The notes under the pieces are model-generated. The model ran no database searches and had not been told where the DNA came from. It worked only from the letters and a program-made list of their open reading frames with translations. DNA of 64,000 nt from Candidatus Poribacteria bacterium (GTDB lineage Bacteria; Poribacteria; WGA-4E; PCPOR2b). Both the position numbers and the translations under genes were made by a program. Positions within the stretch are counted from its first letter, which is position 1; every line of letters starts with the position of its first letter. Location: NCBI GenBank assembly GCA_965116925.1, contig OZ220744.1, positions 128,001-192,000 of the forward strand, read 5' to 3'. This document shows, one piece after another, positions 1-8,912 of the stretch.

Positions 1-332
1 AGTGCCTTATCAATATGTTCTCTGCCCTCAAGGGTAACAAGTTGATGGAGTGTTTCAGGAGACATGCGAGGCAGCTGCATAAATTCCATCAAGTTCTTAC
101 CGATATTCTGGAAGGAGCGTCGGGCAAGCCTGCCTACCATTGGCTGATCAATACCAAGACTCTGTGCCAGATGCTTGCACGCCTTATCCTTTTCGCGATG
201 GGACAACAAGAAAACAGCTGTAGCAAGATGAACACCTATGAATAAAGCGAGTTTGCGAGGCAGCCGAGCAATGCACTGACCTATACATTTTGCCGTAAAT
301 ACGTAACAGTAATCTTTCAGAGTGCGCCACAT
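1..332 (-). CDS. Lipid A lauroyl/myristoyl acyltransferase (LpxL/HtrB family), N-terminal part; runs off the window edge
   Basis: Not in the ORF track. Manual translation from ATG 332: MWRTLKDYCYVFTAKCIGQCIARLPRKLALFIG...LARRSFQNIGKNLMEFMQLPRMSPETLHQLVTLEGREHIDKA, matching the family pattern 'F.n.G....E......v...G.e.l..al'. Confidence 0.75.
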   Translation of the reverse strand, partial: MWRTLKDYCYVFTAKCIGQCIARLPRKLALFIGVHLATAVFLLSHREKDKACKHLAQSLGIDQPMVGRLARRSFQNIGKNLMEFMQLPRMSPETLHQLVTLEGREHIDKA

Positions 333-342
333 ACCTATCCCT

Positions 343-371
343 ATTATAGCAAAGTCAACCTGCAATGACAA
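343..371 (-). promoter_or_regulatory. sigma70-type promoter for the acyltransferase (near-leaderless transcript)
   Basis: Minus strand TTGTCA-17 nt-TATAAT; the -10 box ends about 10 nt upstream of the ATG at 332. Confidence 0.55.
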
Positions 372-484
372 GGGAATTCATGGATGCAAGGGGGAGTTGG
401 GACTAGTTGGCATAAAAATTGATAGTCAGTATCGATCTCTGTTGTTAATGGATCTGAATGTTTGAAAATTGACTGAAGTTTTGC

Positions 485-513
485 TTGAGGCTGGAGTTTA
501 AGTGTGTTAAAAT
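485..513 (+). promoter_or_regulatory. sigma70-type promoter upstream of the sORF/rsgA unit
   Basis: TTGAGG-17 nt-TAAAAT with an extended -10 TG. Confidence 0.5.
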
Positions 514-598
514 AAGCGGAGCTGCAACTTCAATTAGAAATAGGCGTTAGATATAGATAGCAACTCAATTAAGGCATATCGAAAGGTGGTGCAAAGTC

Positions 599-715
599 AT
601 GCAAGAAATGCTTGAACGAATTAACTACGGTAAGAAAAACAACACATTCGATAATCAGGAAACTCGTCTTGACTCTGCCCATCTGTGTGTCGGGTCGCCG
701 GGAACGGCTACTTAA
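599..715 (+). CDS. 38-aa small ORF / putative leader peptide
   Basis: SD-like AAAGGTGGTG before ATG 599; MQEMLERINYGKKNNTFDNQETRLDSAHLCVGSPGTAT*; below the ORF-track cutoff. Confidence 0.45.
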   Translation: MQEMLERINYGKKNNTFDNQETRLDSAHLCVGSPGTAT

Positions 716-738
716 GATCTCGTTTGGTGTAATGTCGG

Positions 739-777
739 AAAGCCCGTAAGGATGAGTTTCCTTGCGGGCTTTTTTTA
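739..777 (+). terminator. Intrinsic terminator between the sORF and rsgA
   Basis: AAAGCCCGTAAGGA-tgagtt-TCCTTGCGGGCTTT stem running into a T tract. Confidence 0.8.
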
Positions 778-801
778 TTTGACCTTGTGAGGTTCTATTT
801 T

Positions 802-1803
802 ATGGATGAAGGAATTGTTATCAAAGCACACGGTGGGGTTTATGATGTCCAAATCGGGGGACAACTCTACCACTGTTCATTGCGACATCATATTATTGAA
901 GCCGATAGACGGGAACGTGCCGAAACGAAAGAGTTACCCTACGTGGATCTCGTTTCTGTCGGAGATCAGGTGCGAATCTCTCGATCGGAATCGAAAACAG
1001 ATCTAGGCTATATTGAGGAAATTCTACCGCGTCAGACCCAATTTGGTCGTACGCGCGTAAACAAATTGCCACAGGTCATTGTAGCTAATCTCGATCTCCT
1101 GCTAGTCATCTTTGCAGCACGAAACCCTCAACTCAAATTACGCATGCTGGATCGATTTCTTGTGACAGCAGAGGCTTCGGGCATGTTGCCCGTGATCTGT
1201 ATTAACAAGATTGATCTGGTCCAACTGGAAAAATTGAAAGCACAAATGGCACTGTACGAACGAATCGGTTACAATGTCGTCTACACCAGTATTGTAACGG
1301 GTGCTGGAATTGACGAAATGCGTGCAGTGATGAAAGATCGGATTTCCGCTATCGTCGGATCGTCCGGCGTTGGTAAATCATCACTACTCAACGAAATTCA
1401 ACCGGGCTTGCAGCTGCGCGTCGGCGATGTTGATGATCGGATGCACAAAGGACAGCACACCACAACGGAGGTTGCCCTACTGCCACTCCATTTTGGTGGG
1501 TTTGTCGCAGATACACCGGGCATTCGTACACTTGGGTTGTTTGAGATTGATGATGAGCAGGGACTAGACATCTATTTTCCCGAAATGCGTTCCTACATTC
1601 CCGAATGCAAATTTGCAGCGTGCACCCACCAACATGAACCGGGGTGTGCTGTTAAGAGTGCTGTCGAAGATGGAAAAATTAGCGAGTTGCGGTACGATAG
1701 CTACTTGCGCATATCGGGATTTAGCGCAGGAAGATTTGAACGTGAAGGACCGAAGAAAGAGAAAAAACGGTACGAAAGGAGGCATAAACGTGCCAAGCGA
1801 TAG
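802..1803 (+). CDS. rsgA: Ribosome small subunit-dependent GTPase A
   Basis: Circularly permuted GTPase motifs NKID, GSSGVGKS, HTTT and DTPG, plus the zinc finger CKFAACTHQHEPGC. ATG 802 preferred over GTG 787. Confidence 0.95.
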   Translation: MDEGIVIKAHGGVYDVQIGGQLYHCSLRHHIIEADRRERAETKELPYVDLVSVGDQVRISRSESKTDLGYIEEILPRQTQFGRTRVNKLPQVIVANLDLLLVIFAARNPQLKLRMLDRFLVTAEASGMLPVICINKIDLVQLEKLKAQMALYERIGYNVVYTSIVTGAGIDEMRAVMKDRISAIVGSSGVGKSSLLNEIQPGLQLRVGDVDDRMHKGQHTTTEVALLPLHFGGFVADTPGIRTLGLFEIDDEQGLDIYFPEMRSYIPECKFAACTHQHEPGCAVKSAVEDGKISELRYDSYLRISGFSAGRFEREGPKKEKKRYERRHKRAKR

Positions 1804-2641
1804 TGGACAGCAAGTGATTGACAAATTGAGACGAATTATTGAAAAAAATGAGCAGAAACTCACCTATTTTCAGAATCGACTGAAGCAGTCTGAGTTCATT
1901 GATCAACCGAACCAGCGCCTAATTGGCACCGCGGCGGGACAGGCGGATTCATATACAGATCAGCTGGCGATCCTGCAAACTCAACTACGCGAGCTAGAAA
2001 AACTTTACGGCGGCAGCCTAAAACTGAGAACAACTGAAGAGCGAGATTTGCGGCGAAGTTGGGGTTGGACAAATGAGCCGACCCTTCGTAATCGCTTGCA
2101 CACTCAGTTCATGCCCTTCCAAACTTACGTTGACAATTGGCATCGCTGGCTGGCTGACGAATATACGCACCCGCTTTCAGTTGATCTGCCAAGCGGTGAA
2201 TTGGTTGGTTTTATGCTAATTAGATGCACCGGTAGGGATGAGAAAATTGCGACACTTGAGTTTATTGTTATTCGACCTGATTGCCGTTATCAGGGGTATG
2301 GCACAGAGGCGATGCAGCAGGCAATCGACTGGGCATTTGAACATCTCGGTGCCGATACCTTTGAGCTGCAAGTCAGTGTCGATAACTATGCTGCATTTCT
2401 CTGTTTTGAGAGGTGTGGACTGGAGTGCATTGACCAAGGACATTATGGGAACTTGGAATCCTATCGCATGGAGATGCGTCGTGAAGTTTGGAAAGACACT
2501 AGATCTGCTGGGGCAATTCCAGAACACGATGACCGTGAGACACCGCCTACCCGGAATCTTGATGCAGTTGGAGAAAGATCCAGTCCCTATCTTACGGCGA
2601 AACTGCTGGCACCCTTAAAAGAACTCGTTTCTGATCGCTAA
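1790..2641 (+). CDS. GNAT N-acetyltransferase with N-terminal coiled coil
   Basis: AGGAGG then GTG 1790, overlapping the rsgA end. Acetyl-CoA motif RYQGYGT and 'N.AA...FE.CG' motif B, RimJ/RimL-like. Confidence 0.75.
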   Translation: MPSDSGQQVIDKLRRIIEKNEQKLTYFQNRLKQSEFIDQPNQRLIGTAAGQADSYTDQLAILQTQLRELEKLYGGSLKLRTTEERDLRRSWGWTNEPTLRNRLHTQFMPFQTYVDNWHRWLADEYTHPLSVDLPSGELVGFMLIRCTGRDEKIATLEFIVIRPDCRYQGYGTEAMQQAIDWAFEHLGADTFELQVSVDNYAAFLCFERCGLECIDQGHYGNLESYRMEMRREVWKDTRSAGAIPEHDDRETPPTRNLDAVGERSSPYLTAKLLAPLKELVSDR

Positions 2642-3643
2642 ATGCGGGGTTTGTTCCTCCACCAATTCAAAGGACTCTAGTTCAAACTCAACCTCAACGG
2701 TAACATCATCACGGATCTGAGATTGGGTAAATTTGACGATGCCAACATTAGGGGCAAGCCATTTCTGGGCTACCGTTATGTCGAGGGGATGATCGAAAAT
2801 GCTCCACTTAAACGATTCCTGTACCTGAAATACGTGATCAAACGTCCCCGCCGGAACCGTCAAGGTTTCCTCTGAAAGTACCTCAAACTCATCTACACCG
2901 CCACCAATCGGGAACAATTCAGGGGTCAACTTTGCCTGAAAACTTGTTTGCCATGTATTCCCCGGGATCAGTGGAAAATTGTAAAGCGGTAAAAAAGGTG
3001 AGAAAAGGATTGTATCTTCCGTGCCAGAGGTAATATTCTGTGCATGCTGGAAAATTCCTTTGACAACGCCATTTTCAATTTTATGACCCAAGTAGGAGAA
3101 ATTAAGGATGCCTTCTAGCCCCTCGTCAGGACTCGATTTCTGTAAGACATAGCTTTTAACTGTTCGATCACTGGTAACTTGAATATCGATTGTGTCAACA
3201 ATTTCAAAGATAACCCGATTCCCTTCATCATCGCGGTAGTGCCATGTATTGCCAACAGCGAGTGGGTAATAATCCCCCGGACGGGTCCGCCACACACGGA
3301 TGTCAATGGTGCTTGTGTTCGATTTTCTGCCGTCACTTACGGTGACTTCAATCAGGTATTTTCGTTCCTCTTCGGGAGCAGTCCAAGTCGCACCGAGTTC
3401 ATCGCCCTCAATCGTACCGCCGGTCGCATACCATTCAACAGACAGTTTGTCACCATCAACGTCAACGGCTTTGAACTTGATGCCGACTGAGGTGCCGGGT
3501 TCAATAATATCGGAGTCCGCCTCAAAGACAGAAATCCTTGGCGCGAAATTCTCGTCATGATCGCCCTCACTACACCCCAGAATCAGGAAAAGAGAAATTG
3601 CTATAAACAGAGGAAACAGATTCAGCTCCCTGAGTAAAAACAT
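2615..3643 (-). CDS. Hypothetical lipoprotein with Ig/PKD-like domain
   Basis: Lipobox ILGC; 'N.AP....D.DGD.L...W...G' Ig-like motif; C-terminal 'YYPLAVGNTW...TVPAGTF...WLAPNVGIVK' domain. Confidence 0.65.
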   Translation of the reverse strand: MFLLRELNLFPLFIAISLFLILGCSEGDHDENFAPRISVFEADSDIIEPGTSVGIKFKAVDVDGDKLSVEWYATGGTIEGDELGATWTAPEEERKYLIEVTVSDGRKSNTSTIDIRVWRTRPGDYYPLAVGNTWHYRDDEGNRVIFEIVDTIDIQVTSDRTVKSYVLQKSSPDEGLEGILNFSYLGHKIENGVVKGIFQHAQNITSGTEDTILFSPFLPLYNFPLIPGNTWQTSFQAKLTPELFPIGGGVDEFEVLSEETLTVPAGTFDHVFQVQESFKWSIFDHPLDITVAQKWLAPNVGIVKFTQSQIRDDVTVEVEFELESFELVEEQTPHLAIRNEFF

Positions 3644-3761
3644 GGTAAGGTCTCCTTCACGAGTAGAATAGTTGCTGCCCCTATGGAATCGGGACTCAAC
3701 GCAAACATAAAACGTTGAGGTGGGCAAAAAGATGACACCCTGAAAGATTTTTCCCTAAAGC

Positions 3762-4841
3762 TTAACCCAATTCCCAACCGTATTCTCTCGCTGGGATGTA
3801 TGGAAGCTGTCCACTCTGGAGCATCAGTTCAAGCGGAGAGTCCTTTTGAGCCAATGGAAACGTGACTTTAGCCCTGCCAAGCCGTTCCGATTCGTAAGCG
3901 GCGAGGCACATCTCCAAAGCGGCTCGACCGTCGTATCCGCTGGAAACGCTCTCTCTGTCCTCGTCGAGACAAGCGACCATTTCCCACGCACCTTCGCTTG
4001 GCACATCTCCTGTCGAATCTCCAATCAGTTCGCTGCCTATCGCCTCAATCTGTTCTCCCTCACGGAAGTCTCCCAACCCGCCATCATTCTTCCAAAGCCG
4101 AATCAGCGGTTGCCAACCGCGATGCGGACGAACCTCTATCTTCCCTTCGCTTCCCTCAAAGATGAAACAGCCATCCAGTCGATAATCCCAGTGTCCACCA
4201 GTCATAAACAGCGCGGTGATTCCGTCGTTGAGACTGAAGAAACTCATAATCCGTTCGCGTTCATTGCTCCGGTCAACGGTTGCGATGGCCCATTCTGGAT
4301 CTCCACCGAACCATCGAATAGCATCGCAACTGTGCGTCCCGTTGTGCAGCAAGGTACTAGTATCGCCGTAATTCTGAACCTCGATATGTAATAGGGCCCC
4401 AATGACACCGTCCTCCACCATCTGTTTGACCCGACGCCAATTCGGTTCAAATCGCATGGTGTGGTCAATCGCTAACTTTGTTCCAGACCGCTCGCACGCG
4501 TCGATAACTCGGTCTGCATCTTTCATATTCAACGCCATCGGCTTTTCGCAGAGGATTGCTTTAGCCCCGGCTTGAGCTGCAGCAATTGTCGGCTCCACAT
4601 GTTCCCGATTGTGCGTTGTCACACCGACGATATCAAGCCTTTCTTTGGCTAGCATCTGTTGCATGTCCGTGTACGTCGACGGAATCTCAAATTGTTCGAC
4701 GAGCGTGTTCACCTTATCTTCAAGAATATCGCAGGCGGCAACAACCTCCACGCGGTCATGCAGTTGCTGAAATGCGGTCGCATAACGCGTCCCAATACTG
4801 CCACAACCGATAATTCCGACGCGATACTTCGTTTTGGGCAT
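3762..4841 (-). CDS. Gfo/Idh/MocA family oxidoreductase
   Basis: GIIGCGSIG Rossmann motif, CEKP, GTH..D. Confidence 0.9.
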   Translation of the reverse strand: MPKTKYRVGIIGCGSIGTRYATAFQQLHDRVEVVAACDILEDKVNTLVEQFEIPSTYTDMQQMLAKERLDIVGVTTHNREHVEPTIAAAQAGAKAILCEKPMALNMKDADRVIDACERSGTKLAIDHTMRFEPNWRRVKQMVEDGVIGALLHIEVQNYGDTSTLLHNGTHSCDAIRWFGGDPEWAIATVDRSNERERIMSFFSLNDGITALFMTGGHWDYRLDGCFIFEGSEGKIEVRPHRGWQPLIRLWKNDGGLGDFREGEQIEAIGSELIGDSTGDVPSEGAWEMVACLDEDRESVSSGYDGRAALEMCLAAYESERLGRAKVTFPLAQKDSPLELMLQSGQLPYIPAREYGWELG

Positions 4842-4852
4842 ACTCCACTCCC

Positions 4853-6307
4853 TTACTTGTGGGTAGATTGGCTTAACTTTACCAATGCCTTCATTGCCTC
4901 GAACTTGAAGTACATGTCCTGATTATCATCTCCGATAATTTCGATTAGTCCAGGAATCGCACTTTTATCCCCCAATTCACCTAACACTGTCGCCGCATTC
5001 CATAGTACCAAGATCTCGTCTACAGGATCCCATCGTGGCACACCTTCGCCATGGTTGAGAGCGTTTATCAAAACAGGGATGCCACGCTTGTCCCCCAACT
5101 TTGCCAACGCTTCTGCGATAACCCATTGTACCGTGATATTATTGTCATCGTTGAGAGCATTTATCAAAGCGGGCACGGCACGCTCATCTCCCAATTTTCC
5201 CAACGCTTCTACGGCAAAGATATTTTTATCGTTAAGAGTGCTTATCAAAGGGTCAACGGCGCTGTTATCTCCTAACTTTCCCAACGCTCCTGCAGCGGCC
5301 CATCGTACCGTGATATCGTCATCGTTGAGAGCGTTTATCAAAGCGGGCACGGCACGCTTATCTCCAAACTCTCCCAAAACGCCTGCGGCATTCATTCGTA
5401 CGGTGCCATTATCATGGTTTAGAGCGTTAATCAAAACAGGTACACCACGTCCATCCCCCAATTTGTCCAATACTTTTGCAGCAGTCCGTCGTATGGCGCT
5501 ATTATCATGGTTGAGGGAGTCAATCAAAACGGACTCACCGCGCTTATCTCCTAACTTTACCAGCGCTCCTGCGGAAGCTAGGCGTACCCAGACAATATCG
5601 TTGAGAGCGTTTATTAAAGCCGGGATCGCACTTTTATCGCCCAACTCTCCTAACGTTTCTGCAGCCTTCGATTGTACCCAACGATTATCGTCATCGAGAA
5701 TCTTTATCAAATGGGGCACCGCACTTTTATCATTTAACCTCCCTAACGCTTTTGCTGCCGCCTTCTGTACCTCGTCCCAGTCATGGTTGAGGACGTTTAC
5801 CAAATGGGGCACCGTACTTTTATCCCCCAATTTTCCCAATGCTATTGCGGCCTCCAGTACGACCTCGCTATTGTTATCGTTGAGGAGATTTATCAGCGTA
5901 GGAACAGCACGTTTATCTCCCAATTCTCTCAACACATAGGTAGCATACGCTCGTACCTCCGAGCTATCATCGTTGAGAGCACCAAGCAGTAGTTCAAGTA
6001 GCAGCTCTCCAGAGAGTGTTTCACTCAGTTTATAAAACTGATAATACGCTTTGAACGCTTTCTCGGTTTGCCCATTTGCAGCAAGTACCTTTGCTAACAT
6101 GGCATGCCCAATCGGTTTCTCTGAGTTCTCTAAAATAAAACCCTCAACCAATTTTAATGCGTTCTCATAATCATCCACTTCGAGGAAGGCACTGATGCCC
6201 TTTTCCAATTCTGATCCTTCAGAATTACCGCCTGAAGGTGTCGTTATGAGGCAGGTAAGGATAGCCAACAGGCCGAGAACTAGGGTCACCGCGTTCAAGT
6301 GTTTCAT
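4853..6307 (-). CDS. Exported HEAT (PBS lyase-like) repeat protein with N-terminal TPR-like segment
   Basis: Signal peptide followed by about 12 repeats of ~31 aa, 'VR..AA.ALG.LGD..AVP.LI.ALND'. Confidence 0.85.
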   Translation of the reverse strand: MKHLNAVTLVLGLLAILTCLITTPSGGNSEGSELEKGISAFLEVDDYENALKLVEGFILENSEKPIGHAMLAKVLAANGQTEKAFKAYYQFYKLSETLSGELLLELLLGALNDDSSEVRAYATYVLRELGDKRAVPTLINLLNDNNSEVVLEAAIALGKLGDKSTVPHLVNVLNHDWDEVQKAAAKALGRLNDKSAVPHLIKILDDDNRWVQSKAAETLGELGDKSAIPALINALNDIVWVRLASAGALVKLGDKRGESVLIDSLNHDNSAIRRTAAKVLDKLGDGRGVPVLINALNHDNGTVRMNAAGVLGEFGDKRAVPALINALNDDDITVRWAAAGALGKLGDNSAVDPLISTLNDKNIFAVEALGKLGDERAVPALINALNDDNNITVQWVIAEALAKLGDKRGIPVLINALNHGEGVPRWDPVDEILVLWNAATVLGELGDKSAIPGLIEIIGDDNQDMYFKFEAMKALVKLSQSTHK

Positions 6308-6324
6308 CGTGGCTTTCCTTCTGT

Positions 6325-7629
6325 TTATTGATTTAATTGTTCCAACGCCGCTACCGCATGAAGTCTTATTTTAATATCATATTCCTTGTTGCCTAAGATT
6401 TTGAGCAGCGTAGTGTGATCCTCTAGTTTTACCAAGGCTTTCACAGTGCGTAATTGTTTCGAGAATTCCTCATCTTTGAAATTCATCATCATCGCAGGAA
6501 CAGCGGCCTTGCCCCCTGCCTTAAACAAGGCTGCTTTCGCAATCAATGGCACGAGTTCATCGTCATTGTTAAGTGCATCCACTAAAATGGGAACCGCACG
6601 ATTATCTCCCAGTTCTACCAACGCGTATCCAGCACGTACTCTTACCGCACTATCACGATCTTTGAGTGATTTTACCAAAGCAGAAATAGCTCCCTTATCT
6701 TCCAACTCCCCTAAAGCAAGTGCTGCTTCCGCTCTTACCGTGCTATGGTCGTGCTGGAGAGCCTTGATTAAATGAGGTATGGCTTCCTTATCTCCCAACT
6801 TGCCTAACGTTTCTGCAGCTTCCCGTCGTACCGCACTATCATCATCGTTAAGGGCGTTTATCAAATGGGGTACAGCACTGTTATCCCCTAACTTTCCTAA
6901 CGCTGCTACGGCTTCTTGTCGTACCCAATTATCGCTATCGTTAAGGGCGTTTATCAAATGGGGTACGGCACGCTTATCTCCCAGCTCTCCCAACGCATCT
7001 GCGGCGTTCCATCGTACCGCACTCTCGTCGTCGTTGAGCGCATCTATCAAATGAGCGACTGCACTTTTATCCCCCAACTCTCCCAACGCATCTGCGGCGC
7101 TCCATCGTACGATATTATCATTATCGTTAAGGGCGTTTATCAAATGGGGTACGGCACGCTGGTCTCCCAACTCTCCCAGCGCTTCCGCAGCCTCCGCTCG
7201 TAACCACTGAATGTCATCATTGAGAAGGCTTATCAAATGAGGGAAGGCACTGCTATCTCCTAACTTTCCCAATGCTGCTATAGCGCCCAGCTGTATAATT
7301 ATGTCATCACGGTTGAGTGCGTTTATCAAGGAAGGAAGCGGTCCCTTGTTATCTAACTGTTTAAGAGCTTCTACGGCAGCCGATCGAACCGAACTATCAC
7401 CATCGTTGAGCGCCCTGATTTGTATTTCAAGTAATAGACCAGAAGAGGGCTTTTCATCACGCTCATAAGATTTATGATACGTCTTGAGTGCTTTTTCTAA
7501 CCTTGATTGGTCATGATCGCAGCTTGAAACTATTAGACTGAAAGAGATACAATAGGCTATGGAAACCAACAGCAGCGGCGAGGGCTTCGCCCACCTACCT
7601 GTTGTCGCCGTATCCCATCGTTTCATCAT
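6325..7629 (-). CDS. HEAT repeat lipoprotein
   Basis: Hydrophobic segment ending IVSSC; about 10 HEAT repeats with near-identical 93-bp units. Start approximate. Confidence 0.85.
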   Translation of the reverse strand: MMKRWDTATTGRWAKPSPLLLVSIAYCISFSLIVSSCDHDQSRLEKALKTYHKSYERDEKPSSGLLLEIQIRALNDGDSSVRSAAVEALKQLDNKGPLPSLINALNRDDIIIQLGAIAALGKLGDSSAFPHLISLLNDDIQWLRAEAAEALGELGDQRAVPHLINALNDNDNIVRWSAADALGELGDKSAVAHLIDALNDDESAVRWNAADALGELGDKRAVPHLINALNDSDNWVRQEAVAALGKLGDNSAVPHLINALNDDDSAVRREAAETLGKLGDKEAIPHLIKALQHDHSTVRAEAALALGELEDKGAISALVKSLKDRDSAVRVRAGYALVELGDNRAVPILVDALNNDDELVPLIAKAALFKAGGKAAVPAMMMNFKDEEFSKQLRTVKALVKLEDHTTLLKILGNKEYDIKIRLHAVAALEQLNQ

Positions 7630-7675
7630 AGCTGCCCTCTTCTGAACCATCACAAGACAATAGCCGAAACCCAAC

Positions 7676-8638
7676 TCAACGAATCGCAATCGGATTGCCC
7701 GGAGATCCAGTACCACCTTTCAATCTCAGTGGGGAGAAGATAAAGGCAAACTCATAGACCTTATCCGCTGCGAGTTCTGCGGTAATGAGGTTCTCAATAT
7801 TATAGATACCATTTTTAGCAATGAATAGTTGATGGACAGGAACAAAAACCGAATCATCAGGATTCGGGATCACTTCGATTCCCCAGTTATCCGCACCCAC
7901 CATAACAATCTGTTTCTCAACCAGATACTTGCCTGCCTCTATGCCGATGCCGGGCTCCGATCCGTTATAGCGCTCATTATCCGTCATCCAGAATTTACCC
8001 CAACCGGTATGCGTGAGGACCACATCGCCAGGCCTTATCTCCACGCCCTGCTTTTTTAACGCGCCCTCTATATCTTCAGCCGTGATTTCGTAACCGCCCT
8101 CCAGATGCTCAACGCCTTTATAGCCAGCAACGTCGATGAGCACCCCACGAGTGACGAAAACGCCCACGTTCTCCACACCCAATTTCTTCAGTCCGTCGGG
8201 CTTGGCAAAGTCGAAGCGATTGTTTCCGTTGTAGTAAAGATCGCCGATACCGATGTGTCCTAACCCATCAAACTGCGTGCCAATCTGTCCAATTTCGCCA
8301 CTGACAATCTCATCATGCCACGTGACCTTGTTTTTATGGTCAGTGCTGCCGGTTTGAGGGATCAACAAACTATAGTGGCGTGTGCCAAACAGCGGCATTC
8401 CTGCTTCGTAAACCCGACCGAGTTGGTAGACTTTTCCTTCTTTAATCAGGCTAGCTGCCTCTAAAACCTTTGTAGCCGTCAGCAGGTTTGCTGCGCCGCG
8501 CTGATCATCTTTCCCCCATTTGGAGGGATACCAGTTAGATTCTTCCGTCAATGTCCAAGTTGCGGTCAGCGCGACTAGTAACGCGGCTGAACCCAAAATT
8601 GCGAAAAATTTGACGACGTTTTTGCGTTTGTGAGACAT
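7676..8638 (-). CDS. Exported cyclase-family (kynurenine formamidase-like) metal hydrolase
   Basis: QIGTQFDGLGH variant of HxGTHxDxxxH, RGVLID, GGTGSPGNPIA; signal peptide; AGGAG RBS. Confidence 0.85.
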   Translation of the reverse strand: MSHKRKNVVKFFAILGSAALLVALTATWTLTEESNWYPSKWGKDDQRGAANLLTATKVLEAASLIKEGKVYQLGRVYEAGMPLFGTRHYSLLIPQTGSTDHKNKVTWHDEIVSGEIGQIGTQFDGLGHIGIGDLYYNGNNRFDFAKPDGLKKLGVENVGVFVTRGVLIDVAGYKGVEHLEGGYEITAEDIEGALKKQGVEIRPGDVVLTHTGWGKFWMTDNERYNGSEPGIGIEAGKYLVEKQIVMVGADNWGIEVIPNPDDSVFVPVHQLFIAKNGIYNIENLITAELAADKVYEFAFIFSPLRLKGGTGSPGNPIAIR

Positions 8639-8912
8639 TGTTTTTCTCCTTTTGTTTGAGGGGGATTCTTGTCCCATTAGAGTAGCATTTGTCGTAGAAG
8701 AAGTTGATTTGTTTGATACCGTTTATGCCTTTCAGTTGTCCTTTTATCAGTTGAAAAACACACCGGTTTCACGGGGGAGTCAGTGTAACAAGATTCGTGG
8801 GTAAAGTCAAACAAATTTCTGGGAGGGAAGATTCTGGGGGCGTTGATGATTGAAAAACGGAGGACTTTCCCCTTTTCTTTCAAAAATCAATCTTGGATGT
8901 CTTTGTTTAAGC

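Noticed and set aside
15..245. 76-aa plus-strand ORF
   Set aside because: It is the antisense shadow of the LpxL-like gene on the minus strand.
573..600. Possible c-di-GMP-I riboswitch (GAAA-loop hairpin followed by GCAAAG)
   Set aside because: It lacks the GGCAAA P1/P2 context and a P3 stem; the same bases are better explained as the sORF ribosome-binding site.
5055..7203. Long plus-strand ORFs (5055-5939, 6446-6775, 6779-7054) and a CRISPR-like periodicity
   Set aside because: They are antisense to the HEAT-repeat genes. The 93-bp period is coding repeat structure with no unique spacers and no cas genes.
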